From Gloeobacterales cyanobacterium (GTDB lineage Bacteria; Cyanobacteriota; Cyanobacteriia; Gloeobacterales; PMM-0068), in assembly GCA_038245785.1 (NCBI GenBank), contig JBBRSB010000002.1:1-64000 (forward strand): 64,000 bases of DNA. The letters are read 5' to 3'. The position numbers were made by a program, and so were the translations under genes. Positions 38,091 to 47,492 of the stretch are shown here, one piece after another. Position 1 is the first letter of the stretch, and each line of letters begins with the position of its first letter. The notes under the pieces were generated by a model. That model made no database searches, had not been told where the DNA came from, and was given only the letters and a program-made list of their open reading frames with translations.

Positions 38091-39140
38091 CTACAGCAGG
38101 TGACTCAGAGCCTCAAGAAGAATCTGATTTTGCTCATCGGTGCCTACGGTAATCCGAAGTTTATCCTCTAGGCCCGTTTGCTTAAAATAGCGCACCAGAA
38201 TCCCTTGGTCTTTGAGGGCTATATAAATTTGTTCGGCCTTAGCGCTGGGCGGTTGGGTCAACAGAAAATTTGCTTGGGAATCCCATAGTCGAAAGCCCAG
38301 TCGATTGAGATCCAAGGCAAGTTTGGTTCGTGAAGCCTTTACTTTTGCCGCACACATATTCTTATAAGCTTGATCGCTCATGGCTGCTGCACCGACAGCA
38401 GCGGCGATGGCATCAACGTTATAGCTATCCTTAACCTTAAATAGCCCTGCTAACAGCTTGGGATGTGCAATCCCAAAACCTAAGCGCAAACCAGCCAGAG
38501 CATACCCTTTGGATAAGGTTCGGAGGATCAAGACATTCTCAAATTCTTGAACCAAAGGCAAAGCCGTTTCTTCCGCAAAATCGACATAGGCTTCATCGAT
38601 CACCAAAACCCCGGATAAGCGCTGTGCGAGTTGTCGAAGTTCATCTAGGGCAACAACATGTCCGGAAGGACTATTGGGAGAGGCAATAAAGGTGACTGCG
38701 CCATCAGTAGCTACGAGTTCTTCCAAGGGCAAACCGTAGTCTTCTGCATAGGAAATTTCAACCCGTGCCGTGGGCTGCATCTCTGTCAGCGTTCGATATA
38801 AGACATAGGTTGGCATTGGATAGACGACTTTGCGTTCTGAGTCGGTGCAGGCCCGCACGAGTACACTCAGCAACTCATCGCTGCCATTGCCGACCATAAT
38901 CCAATCTGCGGGAATGGCGAGCACTTCGCTGACGGCCTTTCGGAACTCATGGGCAAAGGGATCAGGATAGCGCCGCAGATACTCGCCATCTAAATTCTGA
39001 AGAACTCCCAATGCCTTTGGGGAAGGAGGATAGGGATTTTCGTTTGAGTTTAGTTTGACAATCTTTGTACCAGGCTTGGGCTGCTCACCGGGGACATAGC
39101 CTGTCATGGCGTCAACGCTAGCGCGGAAGTAGCTGCTCAT
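38091..39140 (-). CDS. hisC: Histidinol-phosphate aminotransferase
   Basis: KLNSNENPY, GNGSDE, DEAY, RTLSKGYALAGLRLG. Confidence 0.94.
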   Translation of the reverse strand: MSSYFRASVDAMTGYVPGEQPKPGTKIVKLNSNENPYPPSPKALGVLQNLDGEYLRRYPDPFAHEFRKAVSEVLAIPADWIMVGNGSDELLSVLVRACTDSERKVVYPMPTYVLYRTLTEMQPTARVEISYAEDYGLPLEELVATDGAVTFIASPNSPSGHVVALDELRQLAQRLSGVLVIDEAYVDFAEETALPLVQEFENVLILRTLSKGYALAGLRLGFGIAHPKLLAGLFKVKDSYNVDAIAAAVGAAAMSDQAYKNMCAAKVKASRTKLALDLNRLGFRLWDSQANFLLTQPPSAKAEQIYIALKDQGILVRYFKQTGLEDKLRITVGTDEQNQILLEALSHLL

Positions 39141-39157
39141 AAAATATTTTAAAGATC

Positions 39158-39240
39158 TGGGCGAGGTCAGACTCGAACTGACATGGTATCTCTACCGCCA
39201 CATTTTGAGTGTGGTGCGTCTACCATTTCGCCACTCGCCC
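39158..39240 (-). tRNA. tRNA-Leu(CAA)
   Basis: GGGCGAG/CTCGCCC acceptor stem, anticodon arm CCACA-CTCAAAA-TGTGG, long variable arm, GTTCGA T-loop; CCA not encoded. Confidence 0.95.
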
Positions 39241-39451
39241 AAGAGCCTCACGATTATACCCCAGAGCCTACCGATTCTTGAACATAGAGAAGCATTCAAT
39301 TCACGGTACGCAGCGCTCTTGCGTTTGAGAGAAGCAGTGTTATTACATCTCTCAATGGGTCTAATAGTTTCTTGAAGGCGGCTCCATAATCACGGGTTCA
39401 TTTCCAGATAGATAATGTCCCAATATAGTATGACATCCAGATTATTGAAGC

Positions 39452-39727
39452 ATGTCCCAGCTGGCAAAAGATACAGGTTTTAGCCGTGAGAGCCTGTATC
39501 GCGTACTGAGTGCAGAAGGGAACCCCAGCTTTGCCACTGTGCTCAAGGTTGCAAAGGCGCTTGGCATTCGACTTCAAGCGCAGGCAGCTGTAAGTGGTGA
39601 GACAAAGTCACTGTCCGCTCAACCGTTTGTTTTTGCAGCTACAAAATTTTGGCTCAACTATCTTTCGCTAGGCAGATTTCAATGGGTAAAGAAAATCTGC
39701 ACAATTGTCTCTATTAAGGAATTTTAA
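39452..39727 (+). pseudogene. Orphan, N-terminally truncated addiction-module antidote (HTH) fragment
   Basis: MSQLAKDTGFSRESLYRVLSAEGNPSFATVLKV; family N-terminal half and cognate toxin not seen. Confidence 0.6.
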
Positions 39728-39796
39728 GTTTCAGAGTTCTAATGAAGACACTCCATTTTTCTTTGAGATCAAGCAGGGATTTTTGCGAAGCCTGGA

Positions 39797-41023
39797 GTGC
39801 AAATCGCTATGCAGATTAAGAATTTGCAGGTTGCTGCTGCACCTTTTGTTTCAGAACCAGAGGATTTTTCTAAACCCTTAGTCCAAACGTCCCCTATGTC
39901 GCAGTGTGAAGTCTGTGTGATTGTTCCTGTCCGCAATGAAGCGACGACGCTAAGATCAACACTCAGTGCATTGGCGAGCCAAATTGATTTAAATGGTCAA
40001 CGACTAAATCGCGATCGCTACGAGATTATTTTTTTAGTGAATAACTGTAGTGATGCTTCAGCAGCAATTGCGCGTCAATTTGCACAACAACATCCAGATT
40101 TGAAGCTGCACGTCGTCGAAAAAACTTTACCGCTCCAGGAAGCTCATATCGGTCGAGTTCGGCAAATGCTGATGGATGAGGCCTATCATCGTCTCAAGCC
40201 ATTAAGACGCAAGCATAGTGTCATTGCTTCAACCGATGGAGATTCGCAGGTTAGTCCAACCTGGATTGCTGCAACCCTTCAGGAAATTGCTCTTGGTGCC
40301 GATGCAGTGGGTGGAAGGATTCTGCTTGATCGGGCAGGACTATCTCGTTTAGCGCCCTATGCCAGAGCATGTCATTTGCGGGAAGTGGGTTATCGATTGC
40401 TCATTGCTGAGGTAGAGAACTATCTTGATCCTGATGCCTATGATCGCTCTCCCCGGCATTTTCAGCATTATGGAGCAAGCTTTGCCGTGACTGTCGAGAT
40501 GTATGCGCGCGCAGGCGGATTGCCCTTAGTGCGAACGGCTGAAGATGTGGCACTCTACCGTGCTTTATTACGGGTAAATGCACGATTTCGTCATAGTCCC
40601 AACGTCCGGGTGACAACCTCCGCGCGGCAAATTGGCCGTACAGAACTTGGGCTGGCAAATCAGTTGAGTGTTTGGACCGAGATGGGGCAGCAGCAGCAGC
40701 CGTTTTTAGTCGAATCTGGCGCTACGCTCGCGGTTCGGATGCGCTCGCGGCATCAACTCCGAACGCTGTGGCGGCGAATTCTATGTGGCTATCAACCGAC
40801 CTTGATCGACATTCAGTTAATTGCTCACGAATTGGGAATTACGCCGAATTGGCTACAGCAAAAACTTGCGAAACCGGAGTCGCTTGGATTGTTGTTAGAA
40901 CAAGTAGAACAACGACAGGAAAACACTCGGACACAGCCTTGTTCTCTGATCCCAATTGAGCAGGCCATTCAGGAGTTACGAATTTATCTACAGGAGATTA
41001 AAAGATACAGCAGAGCCTCTTGA
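39797..41023 (+). CDS. Glycosyltransferase family 2
   Basis: VIVPVRNE, NNCSD, STDGD, GG...ED. Confidence 0.88.
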   Translation: MQIAMQIKNLQVAAAPFVSEPEDFSKPLVQTSPMSQCEVCVIVPVRNEATTLRSTLSALASQIDLNGQRLNRDRYEIIFLVNNCSDASAAIARQFAQQHPDLKLHVVEKTLPLQEAHIGRVRQMLMDEAYHRLKPLRRKHSVIASTDGDSQVSPTWIAATLQEIALGADAVGGRILLDRAGLSRLAPYARACHLREVGYRLLIAEVENYLDPDAYDRSPRHFQHYGASFAVTVEMYARAGGLPLVRTAEDVALYRALLRVNARFRHSPNVRVTTSARQIGRTELGLANQLSVWTEMGQQQQPFLVESGATLAVRMRSRHQLRTLWRRILCGYQPTLIDIQLIAHELGITPNWLQQKLAKPESLGLLLEQVEQRQENTRTQPCSLIPIEQAIQELRIYLQEIKRYSRAS

Positions 41024-41072
41024 ACTCTCCTTCTGCGACCGGAACGAAGACATACAGATAGAGAAAACAAGG

Positions 41073-41666
41073 CTATGGACAACGTTCAAATAAATCAAGG
41101 CGATACTCTGCTTCACGTCGTCCTAGTAGATGCTTGAGATGAACGGGGGACAGATCAAAAAATGCATTATGGACCTCATCGCCGCTCAATGGATAATCCT
41201 TCGCATACAGCGTCCAGTGCACTAGAAGCAAGTGTCCACCGGGTTCTAAAGATTCTAAAATATGCTGCTGGGTTTTTCTTAAATCTTCCCGATTCCAGTA
41301 ATATCCCACTTCAGACACGATAATTAAATCAAATTTCTGCTTAGGAAACTCCTTTGGAACCTGCATGATTTGAAACTTAATATGAGATAAGTGCTGGCAT
41401 CGCTGACTCGCTCGAGCTTGAGCCAGTCTAGATACATCTATCGACAGCAATACCTCAGTCCGATCCGCTAACTTCTCGGTCAACACGCCAATCGAGCCGC
41501 CAATCTCAAACGCTGAGCGATAGCGGGATTTAGGCAAAGCAGCAATCGTGGCTGCGTATTTATGCGCCTCATATTCACTAGTTTCAAACTTCCACGGATC
41601 AGGATCATCCTGATAAAGCGCGTCAAAATAGTTTGGTGGCAGCGAATTAGACTGTAAAGGATTCAT
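41073..41666 (-). CDS. NodS-like SAM-dependent methyltransferase
   Basis: DPDPWKF..S.YE..K, FEIGGSIG, SEVGYY. Confidence 0.88.
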   Translation of the reverse strand: MNPLQSNSLPPNYFDALYQDDPDPWKFETSEYEAHKYAATIAALPKSRYRSAFEIGGSIGVLTEKLADRTEVLLSIDVSRLAQARASQRCQHLSHIKFQIMQVPKEFPKQKFDLIIVSEVGYYWNREDLRKTQQHILESLEPGGHLLLVHWTLYAKDYPLSGDEVHNAFFDLSPVHLKHLLGRREAEYRLDLFERCP

Positions 41667-42430
41667 TGGATTTCCTCAAAGTAGGGCTCCCAGGAATGTG
41701 CAAAACTTGCCAGCATCTCAGGCGTTAGTCGAAATCCTTCCGGATCGTCATCAATCAAGTTTGTGGTTTGAGAAAGATATTGTGTGATCGCCTGTTGTTT
41801 CAATGAGGCAACTGCTGTAATATCCAATCGCCAGCCTGTAATTTTTGCAGCAGTTTCCGCAGTTCCACGCTGCACTGGATCCCAATCCCAAACTGGGTAT
41901 TCAATCATTCGAGGGGCAATGAGTAGACTAGAGATCACTTTGTTGATCAATTGCCAAGTCGCTCGGTGATCTGGATGAGGGTCATAGCGCCAGGGCAGAA
42001 AAATTGTTTTTGGTAAGGCTGCTCTGAAATGAGCACTACAAGCGGTATAAATCTCTGAAGCCATGAAGTCTGAGATTTTGCCATCTGGAAGCTGTAAAAA
42101 CGTTATTGCTGTTTCCTCAACTCCGAGGATTTGCAAAGCAGCAATTGTTTCCTGTTCACGTACCTGCTGCAGAGCAGGGGCAGGATATTTTTGAGATCGC
42201 GGATGAGACTGTGTACCATCGCTAATCACCAAAATATGCACTGGATAGTTTAATGATCTTAGCAAAGCAATGGCACCTCCACATCCCAGCGTTTCATCAT
42301 CAGGGTGAGGTGCAACGATCCAAACACAGCCAGCACTGATGGTAGAAATCGGTCGTAGTGGTAAAAAAGTTGCATGCTCAAGTGGCAACGCAAATGTAGA
42401 TGAACTATTCATATCGCCATAGCTGCTCAA
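41663..42430 (-). CDS. PIG-L/LmbE family deacetylase
   Basis: APHPDDETLG, SDG..SH, DPHPDH. Confidence 0.9.
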   Translation of the reverse strand: MSSYGDMNSSSTFALPLEHATFLPLRPISTISAGCVWIVAPHPDDETLGCGGAIALLRSLNYPVHILVISDGTQSHPRSQKYPAPALQQVREQETIAALQILGVEETAITFLQLPDGKISDFMASEIYTACSAHFRAALPKTIFLPWRYDPHPDHRATWQLINKVISSLLIAPRMIEYPVWDWDPVQRGTAETAAKITGWRLDITAVASLKQQAITQYLSQTTNLIDDDPEGFRLTPEMLASFAHSWEPYFEEIQ

Positions 42431-43616
42431 CAGAATCGGTTTGAGTCAAAGCGTACTGTCCGACGTTGGCAAGCGCAGCATCAAAAGCAGGTTGACGCAA
42501 ATACAAGGTTAGATCTCGAACAATGCGTTCAATCGGATTCGGGGGCAGCAATCCACGAGTTCCAATCGAGCGTTGAGATAGTTGCATCACATCAAGACAA
42601 ATCTGCTCGATCGTCGATCGCACCATATTTGCATAAGCCACTAGCTTTTCTGATGCAGGATGAAGTATCTTCGGAGAGCCAGCAAACACCGATCCATAGT
42701 TCACGAGCAAGTCTGCGGCGCCACGAAGCCAGAGCTGACCACTTTCAATGGCAATCGCCATTCTCCCTAACCGCTCTTCTTGATAGGGATCTTGAGTTCG
42801 TCCCAAGCTATATAAGAACCGTCGAGTCTCATCAAACAAGGCTTCGGCTCCACCCAACTGCACTGCAGCGAATCGAACTACACCTGCCGTTAACCAAGGC
42901 TGTCGATAGTAATCGCCGGGTTGACCCAGCAACGCGTTTGCTCCCAATTCGACTCCACTAAAATCGACTTTATAGCTTGCGGTTGCCCTCATTCCCGATG
43001 GCTGCCACCAGGACGGATCGCTCACGGTTGCTACTTCATCCATGGGAACAATACACATCTGCCAACGACCATCGGGCAAGGTTCCATTCACAAACGGTCG
43101 ATCAACATAACCCGAACCTGATGCAAACGTTTTGCAGCCTTCTAACCGATAGCGTCCATTAGCTAGCGGAATAATTTTGACGCCATCGGCTGCTTCTGCA
43201 TTCCAAACGCCAAAAATTTTGTGTCGATCACGAGCATCTTCTGCGTAAGCCTCGATTTGAGCAGGTGACCCAAACGTTTGAATTAGCTGTAGGGCATTGA
43301 CGTGCCCTTCATAGATTCGTCCAACCACTAGGTTGCCTTGCCCAATAGCTTTCAATAATTTCAGCAGATCAGGGGTGGCACTCGCCTCAATACCCAATCC
43401 TAATCCGCCAAGCGAGGTAGCAAGCGGTGCGGCCAACAAACCCGCCGCCGCCATATGCTGAAACTCATCAATGGGGAAAGCTCCTATCTGATCAATTTTC
43501 GCAGCATTACGGGCAGCATACTTTGAGATTTCAGCCGTACGAGCTAGCACTTCTTGAATTGATAAGTTGATTTGATTTCTAAGTAGAGGTTGAGTTTCCA
43601 CGACAGTCTGTTTCAC
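42405..43616 (-). CDS. Acyl-CoA dehydrogenase-like flavoprotein
   Basis: GRIYEGHVNA, GCKTFASG, GMRATAS, RDLTLYLRQ. Confidence 0.85.
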   Translation of the reverse strand: MKQTVVETQPLLRNQINLSIQEVLARTAEISKYAARNAAKIDQIGAFPIDEFQHMAAAGLLAAPLATSLGGLGLGIEASATPDLLKLLKAIGQGNLVVGRIYEGHVNALQLIQTFGSPAQIEAYAEDARDRHKIFGVWNAEAADGVKIIPLANGRYRLEGCKTFASGSGYVDRPFVNGTLPDGRWQMCIVPMDEVATVSDPSWWQPSGMRATASYKVDFSGVELGANALLGQPGDYYRQPWLTAGVVRFAAVQLGGAEALFDETRRFLYSLGRTQDPYQEERLGRMAIAIESGQLWLRGAADLLVNYGSVFAGSPKILHPASEKLVAYANMVRSTIEQICLDVMQLSQRSIGTRGLLPPNPIERIVRDLTLYLRQPAFDAALANVGQYALTQTDSVEQLWRYE

Positions 43617-43902
43617 AATTTGTTTAGATAGGTAGCTTATAACAATAGTGAAATGAAGGTGTGTTAAGCGCCTCTGTCTATAGAGTGACGGTACCGAATG
43701 GATTTTCTAGCAAACTGCTCTATCTAGGCAGCAAGATGGTTAGCCCATAACCCCATAGGAATGGTCTGACGACAGATCAGGAATATCTCTGGTTACGGCT
43801 GATATTGCCGATAGTTGTCCGCGAATATCCAACGAGCGTATCGCTGGGAGGGGACATAATCTTTTTAGCTCAAATCCAGACCCATACTACAGAACGAGGG
43901 GT

Positions 43903-44574
43903 TCAAGTAAATCGCTGACCTAGTTGAACGGGATCGCAAACCGTAATCTTCTTCTTGTGAATAGAGATAAGATCCTTCTTCTTTAGCTCTCCCAGCAGTC
44001 GAGTAATGGTCACCCGAGTAGAACCAATAGCTTCCGCAATGGCCTGGTGAGAAAGTCGGAGGTCGATAGTGATCCCCTCGCGCCCAGGGACACCAAAATC
44101 CCGACAGAGAATCAAGATAAAGCTCTCTAAACGAGAACCCATATCCCTGTGAGCCAGCGTTTCAATCATCATCTCGGTTTGGAGGATGCGAGAGGCTAAG
44201 CCCTTGAGCAGAATGGAAGAAAGTTCTGCATCATTGCGAAGAGCCTTTTCCACTTGGTCAATGTTGGCAGCCAATAACTCCACAGGCGTGATCGCTACGG
44301 CATGATAAAAACGGTCAGAGCGATGGCCTGTGATGATCGAGAGAACACCGAAGACACTGTTCTCCCGCAGCAAAGAGACTGTAATTTCTTCGCCGTTGTC
44401 AAAGACTCGAGAAAGCTTTACCGCTCCCTTGACCAAGAAATAGACCCGCTCTGCAGGGTCTCCAGGGAAGAAAATAGTTTTTCCCCGGTCATAATGTTCC
44501 ACAACGGGTGGAACCTGTCCGTTTTCAAACTTTTGAAACAGGACACCTAATCGCTGATCTGTTGTTAGGACCAA
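43903..44574 (-). CDS. ntcA: Global nitrogen regulator NtcA
   Basis: [44 protein letters not shown]. Confidence 0.97.
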   Translation of the reverse strand: MVLTTDQRLGVLFQKFENGQVPPVVEHYDRGKTIFFPGDPAERVYFLVKGAVKLSRVFDNGEEITVSLLRENSVFGVLSIITGHRSDRFYHAVAITPVELLAANIDQVEKALRNDAELSSILLKGLASRILQTEMMIETLAHRDMGSRLESFILILCRDFGVPGREGITIDLRLSHQAIAEAIGSTRVTITRLLGELKKKDLISIHKKKITVCDPVQLGQRFT

Positions 44575-44625
44575 TAGTTCGCCCCAAACGTTTTAATTTA
44601 TGTATACGTTCCACTCGGATCAAAA

Positions 44626-44641
44626 TGTATTTTTCAATACA
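44626..44641. promoter_or_regulatory. NtcA box upstream of ntcA
   Basis: TGTA-TTTTTCAA-TACA matches TGTAN8TACA, about 50 nt upstream of the ntcA start. Confidence 0.75.
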
Positions 44642-44746
44642 GAACTATAGAGTTTGGCACATAAAAGACTCTGTTTGTGTAACAGTCTAGTCTTCAAAGC
44701 CATAGGCACTAAGGCCTAAGCACCATTGGTGCGTGAATATACGTAA

Positions 44747-45529
44747 TCAAGGTAATTTCCAGGAAGCCAGGAGGGTTTGGTAGGTTGTTTTTGGTAATTG
44801 GATGAGCAACGGCTGAGCTTTTGGATCAAGCCATAACAGCACTTCCTCTAGATTTTTCTGAGCCATCGCGGTACAACCCACAGTTGGGCTGGTCTCTCCT
44901 CTCCAGACATGAAGAAAAATACAGCTGCCTTTTCCAGGGGTCGCTGGCTGCTTGTTATGGTCCACATCCACGACCCAGGTATAGAGGACATCTGAACGAC
45001 GCATGACCTCTGCCGAGTCCCAACTATTCACTTTCTCCAGCAAAATCTGATTGTAGAAACTGGACTTCGCATCATCTACGCAGCGCAAATCTTGGGTGCT
45101 GGCTTGATAAGGCCATTTCATCCGCGATAGAGGACTGGCGGCATAACCATAAGCCGAGCCTAATTTAAAGATTCCTGCTGGCGATTTGCCATCTCCTTCC
45201 TTCTTGAGTGGTTCTGCGGTGCCCTCAGGAGTCTCCTGAGAATCGTTAGGGGCGTTGTGCAGTCCCAGACCCCAGCCCAAACCCCCTCTACCCAGGACTA
45301 CAGCTATGGGCTTACCCACAGGCCGCCAGGCGCTTTTTCCTTTCGTCTTGGGGACTCTGGCGTAGCGCTGTAAGGTCGCTTGAGGACTGTCCCAAGTATC
45401 AGCTTTGACTACTAAAGCTTGACGACTTTGTACAGGAATAGGAGTAGCATAGCTCTTCCCAGTAGCAAGTAAGATAGATACTGCTCCAATCAGAACAGTC
45501 TTGAGTATTAGGTTCATTAATCTTGCCAT
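44747..45529 (-). CDS. L,D-transpeptidase (YkuD-like) family protein
   Basis: Signal peptide, KEGDGKSPAG, GSCIFLH...TVGC; start shifted to MARL. Confidence 0.82.
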   Translation of the reverse strand: MARLMNLILKTVLIGAVSILLATGKSYATPIPVQSRQALVVKADTWDSPQATLQRYARVPKTKGKSAWRPVGKPIAVVLGRGGLGWGLGLHNAPNDSQETPEGTAEPLKKEGDGKSPAGIFKLGSAYGYAASPLSRMKWPYQASTQDLRCVDDAKSSFYNQILLEKVNSWDSAEVMRRSDVLYTWVVDVDHNKQPATPGKGSCIFLHVWRGETSPTVGCTAMAQKNLEEVLLWLDPKAQPLLIQLPKTTYQTLLASWKLP

Positions 45530-45596
45530 TGGTAAAGATTCACTCGCTTTAGTTTGTAGCATATTGAAGAGCATACTAGATGGAAGATAGGGAAAG

Positions 45597-46271
45597 ATGG
45601 CAGATGACAATTCGAGAGCAGGACTAGGATATTCAAATCCTGCCATAAAGGCCTACTTAGAGAAACTCTTTAGTCCCCATGATGCTGCCTTAGAAGATGC
45701 AGTTCATCAGTTGGATGTAACAGACATGCCCCGCATTCAAATCGCACCGACAGAGGGAAAAATTCTCCAGGTTTTACTCTCAATGATTGGAGCGAGAAAA
45801 GTTGTGGAGTTTGGCACCCTTTCTGGCTATTCTGCGCTATGGATCCTAAAAGCGTTGGGAAAACAAGGTCATCTATGGACCTGTGAGTACAGTCCAAAGC
45901 ATGCCAAAGTCGCCCAAGGCGTGTTTGAACGAGCTGGTTTAAGTACACAGGTAACCATTCTTGAAGGTCCAGCGCTAAACGCCTTAGACAAGTTGGCTAC
46001 TGAAGCGCCTTTCGATGCCGTATTTATCGATGCAGATAAGAAAAACTACATTCATTATGCTAGATGGGCCTTTGAGCATCTGCGTTCTGGTGGTTTAATT
46101 ATCGGCGACAACACCTACCTATTTGGCTATCTGAAGGGTAGAGCTCCAGATGCAAATTGGAATCAAGAAGCCATAGAAGGAATGACTCAGTTTCATGAAC
46201 TTCTCGCAGAACACTGTGTGGCTGTATGCTTGCCAACTCCTGATGGACTGAGTGTAGGTATTAAGCCTTGA
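45597..46271 (+). CDS. O-methyltransferase (COMT/CCoAOMT-like)
   Basis: VEFGTLSGYS, FIDADK, DN. Confidence 0.9.
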   Translation: MADDNSRAGLGYSNPAIKAYLEKLFSPHDAALEDAVHQLDVTDMPRIQIAPTEGKILQVLLSMIGARKVVEFGTLSGYSALWILKALGKQGHLWTCEYSPKHAKVAQGVFERAGLSTQVTILEGPALNALDKLATEAPFDAVFIDADKKNYIHYARWAFEHLRSGGLIIGDNTYLFGYLKGRAPDANWNQEAIEGMTQFHELLAEHCVAVCLPTPDGLSVGIKP

Positions 46272-46435
46272 GGCCAAGGCAAAGCACTCTCGAGGCCTAT
46301 TTTGTGCTTATAGGTCGACAACCAGAGTTAATGCATGCATAAACAGCAGTCTATGTAAAGCATTTATTTACAAAAAGTTGTAATACTTAAAAAGCCTGTT
46401 ACATTGGTGAGTATCGTCCACTTGGAAGAATACTC

Positions 46436-46798
46436 ATGAAAAAGCTTTTAGGTCTGTTCCCAATTCCCTCTACACTCAAAAATCAGTCTAACGTTTCTGA
46501 CCTTAAAGGTCGCTTGGATTGGGGTGAACCTGCTCTTACCATTGTTGATATTCGCAACTCGAACGTCTTTGATCAGGGTCGCGTTCAGGGTGCCGTTTCT
46601 ATTCCTGCACTTGGCTTGATAGATTACGCACTAGCGAATCTTGAATCTATTCGCGATTTATATGTTTATGGAGAAACGGACGAAGAAACCAATGTGGCAG
46701 TAACTAAGTTGCGTGCGGCTGGATTTCAGTATGTATCTATGCTGCAAGGTGGTTTCGAAGCCTGGAAAGCTGCCGAGTATCCGATAGAAGCCGCGTAA
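46436..46798 (+). CDS. Rhodanese-like protein, copy 1
   Basis: LKGRLDWGEPALTIVDIR, GAVSIP, LQGGFEAW. Confidence 0.88.
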   Translation: MKKLLGLFPIPSTLKNQSNVSDLKGRLDWGEPALTIVDIRNSNVFDQGRVQGAVSIPALGLIDYALANLESIRDLYVYGETDEETNVAVTKLRAAGFQYVSMLQGGFEAWKAAEYPIEAA

Positions 46799-47054
46799 AG
46801 ACAAACAGCCCTCTGTTTTATGGGGGTCTTGTTTGTTCAGCACCATAAGTCTGGCTCTAAATGCTCTAAACAAGTCAGAAGCTAATTCTTTTTCTAGCAA
46901 AAATTATTATCTTTATGCTCCCTGGTTAGGGCATCCTCTATTCCTAAGGGACTACGTAAATGCCTCAACGAAATATTTTTTATGCCTATGGACTAATTAT
47001 CAGGCTCAGTCAAGGCAGGTACATTGGCAGTATCACGCACTTGAGAAAATGCCA

Positions 47055-47426
47055 ATGGAAAAGCTTTTTGGAATAATCCCTATCCCTTCTCAGCTACACG
47101 AACAGTCCAATATTTCTGAACTCAAAGGTCGTCTAGACTGGGGCGAACCTGCACTTACCATTGTTGATGTTCGAAACTCAAACTTATTTAATGAAGGCCA
47201 TATCCAAGGGGCAGTTTCTATACCTGAACCCGGTTTGGTAGAACATGCCTCTGAACATCTCGAACCAACTCGGGACCTCTATATCTATAGCGAAACAGAC
47301 GAAGAAACCAATGCAGCAGCAAATAAGCTTCGTGCCGCTGGTTTCGAACGTGTGTCTATGCTCCAAGGAGGCTTCGAAGCCTGGAGAGCCGCTGAGTACC
47401 CAGTCGAGCCTGCGCCCTTGCTGTAA
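47055..47426 (+). CDS. Rhodanese-like protein, copy 2 (tandem paralog)
   Basis: Co-linear with copy 1 from MEKLFG; start 47049 or 47055. Confidence 0.88.
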   Translation: MEKLFGIIPIPSQLHEQSNISELKGRLDWGEPALTIVDVRNSNLFNEGHIQGAVSIPEPGLVEHASEHLEPTRDLYIYSETDEETNAAANKLRAAGFERVSMLQGGFEAWRAAEYPVEPAPLL

Positions 47427-47440
47427 ACCTTTACACGCGT

Positions 47441-47470
47441 AAAAAAAGCCCCCTGAAGAAGGGGGCTTTA
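47441..47470. terminator. Intrinsic terminator between the convergent rhodanese and psaB genes
   Basis: AAGCCCCCT-GAAGA-AGGGGGCTT with an A-run (U-tract on the minus strand). Confidence 0.8.
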
Positions 47471-47492
47471 ATTTATATAGCAACTAACTTAG

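Noticed and set aside
46833..47048. N-terminal extension on the second rhodanese
   Set aside because: Similarity to copy 1 begins at 47049/47055; the upstream TTG is an ORF-caller artefact.
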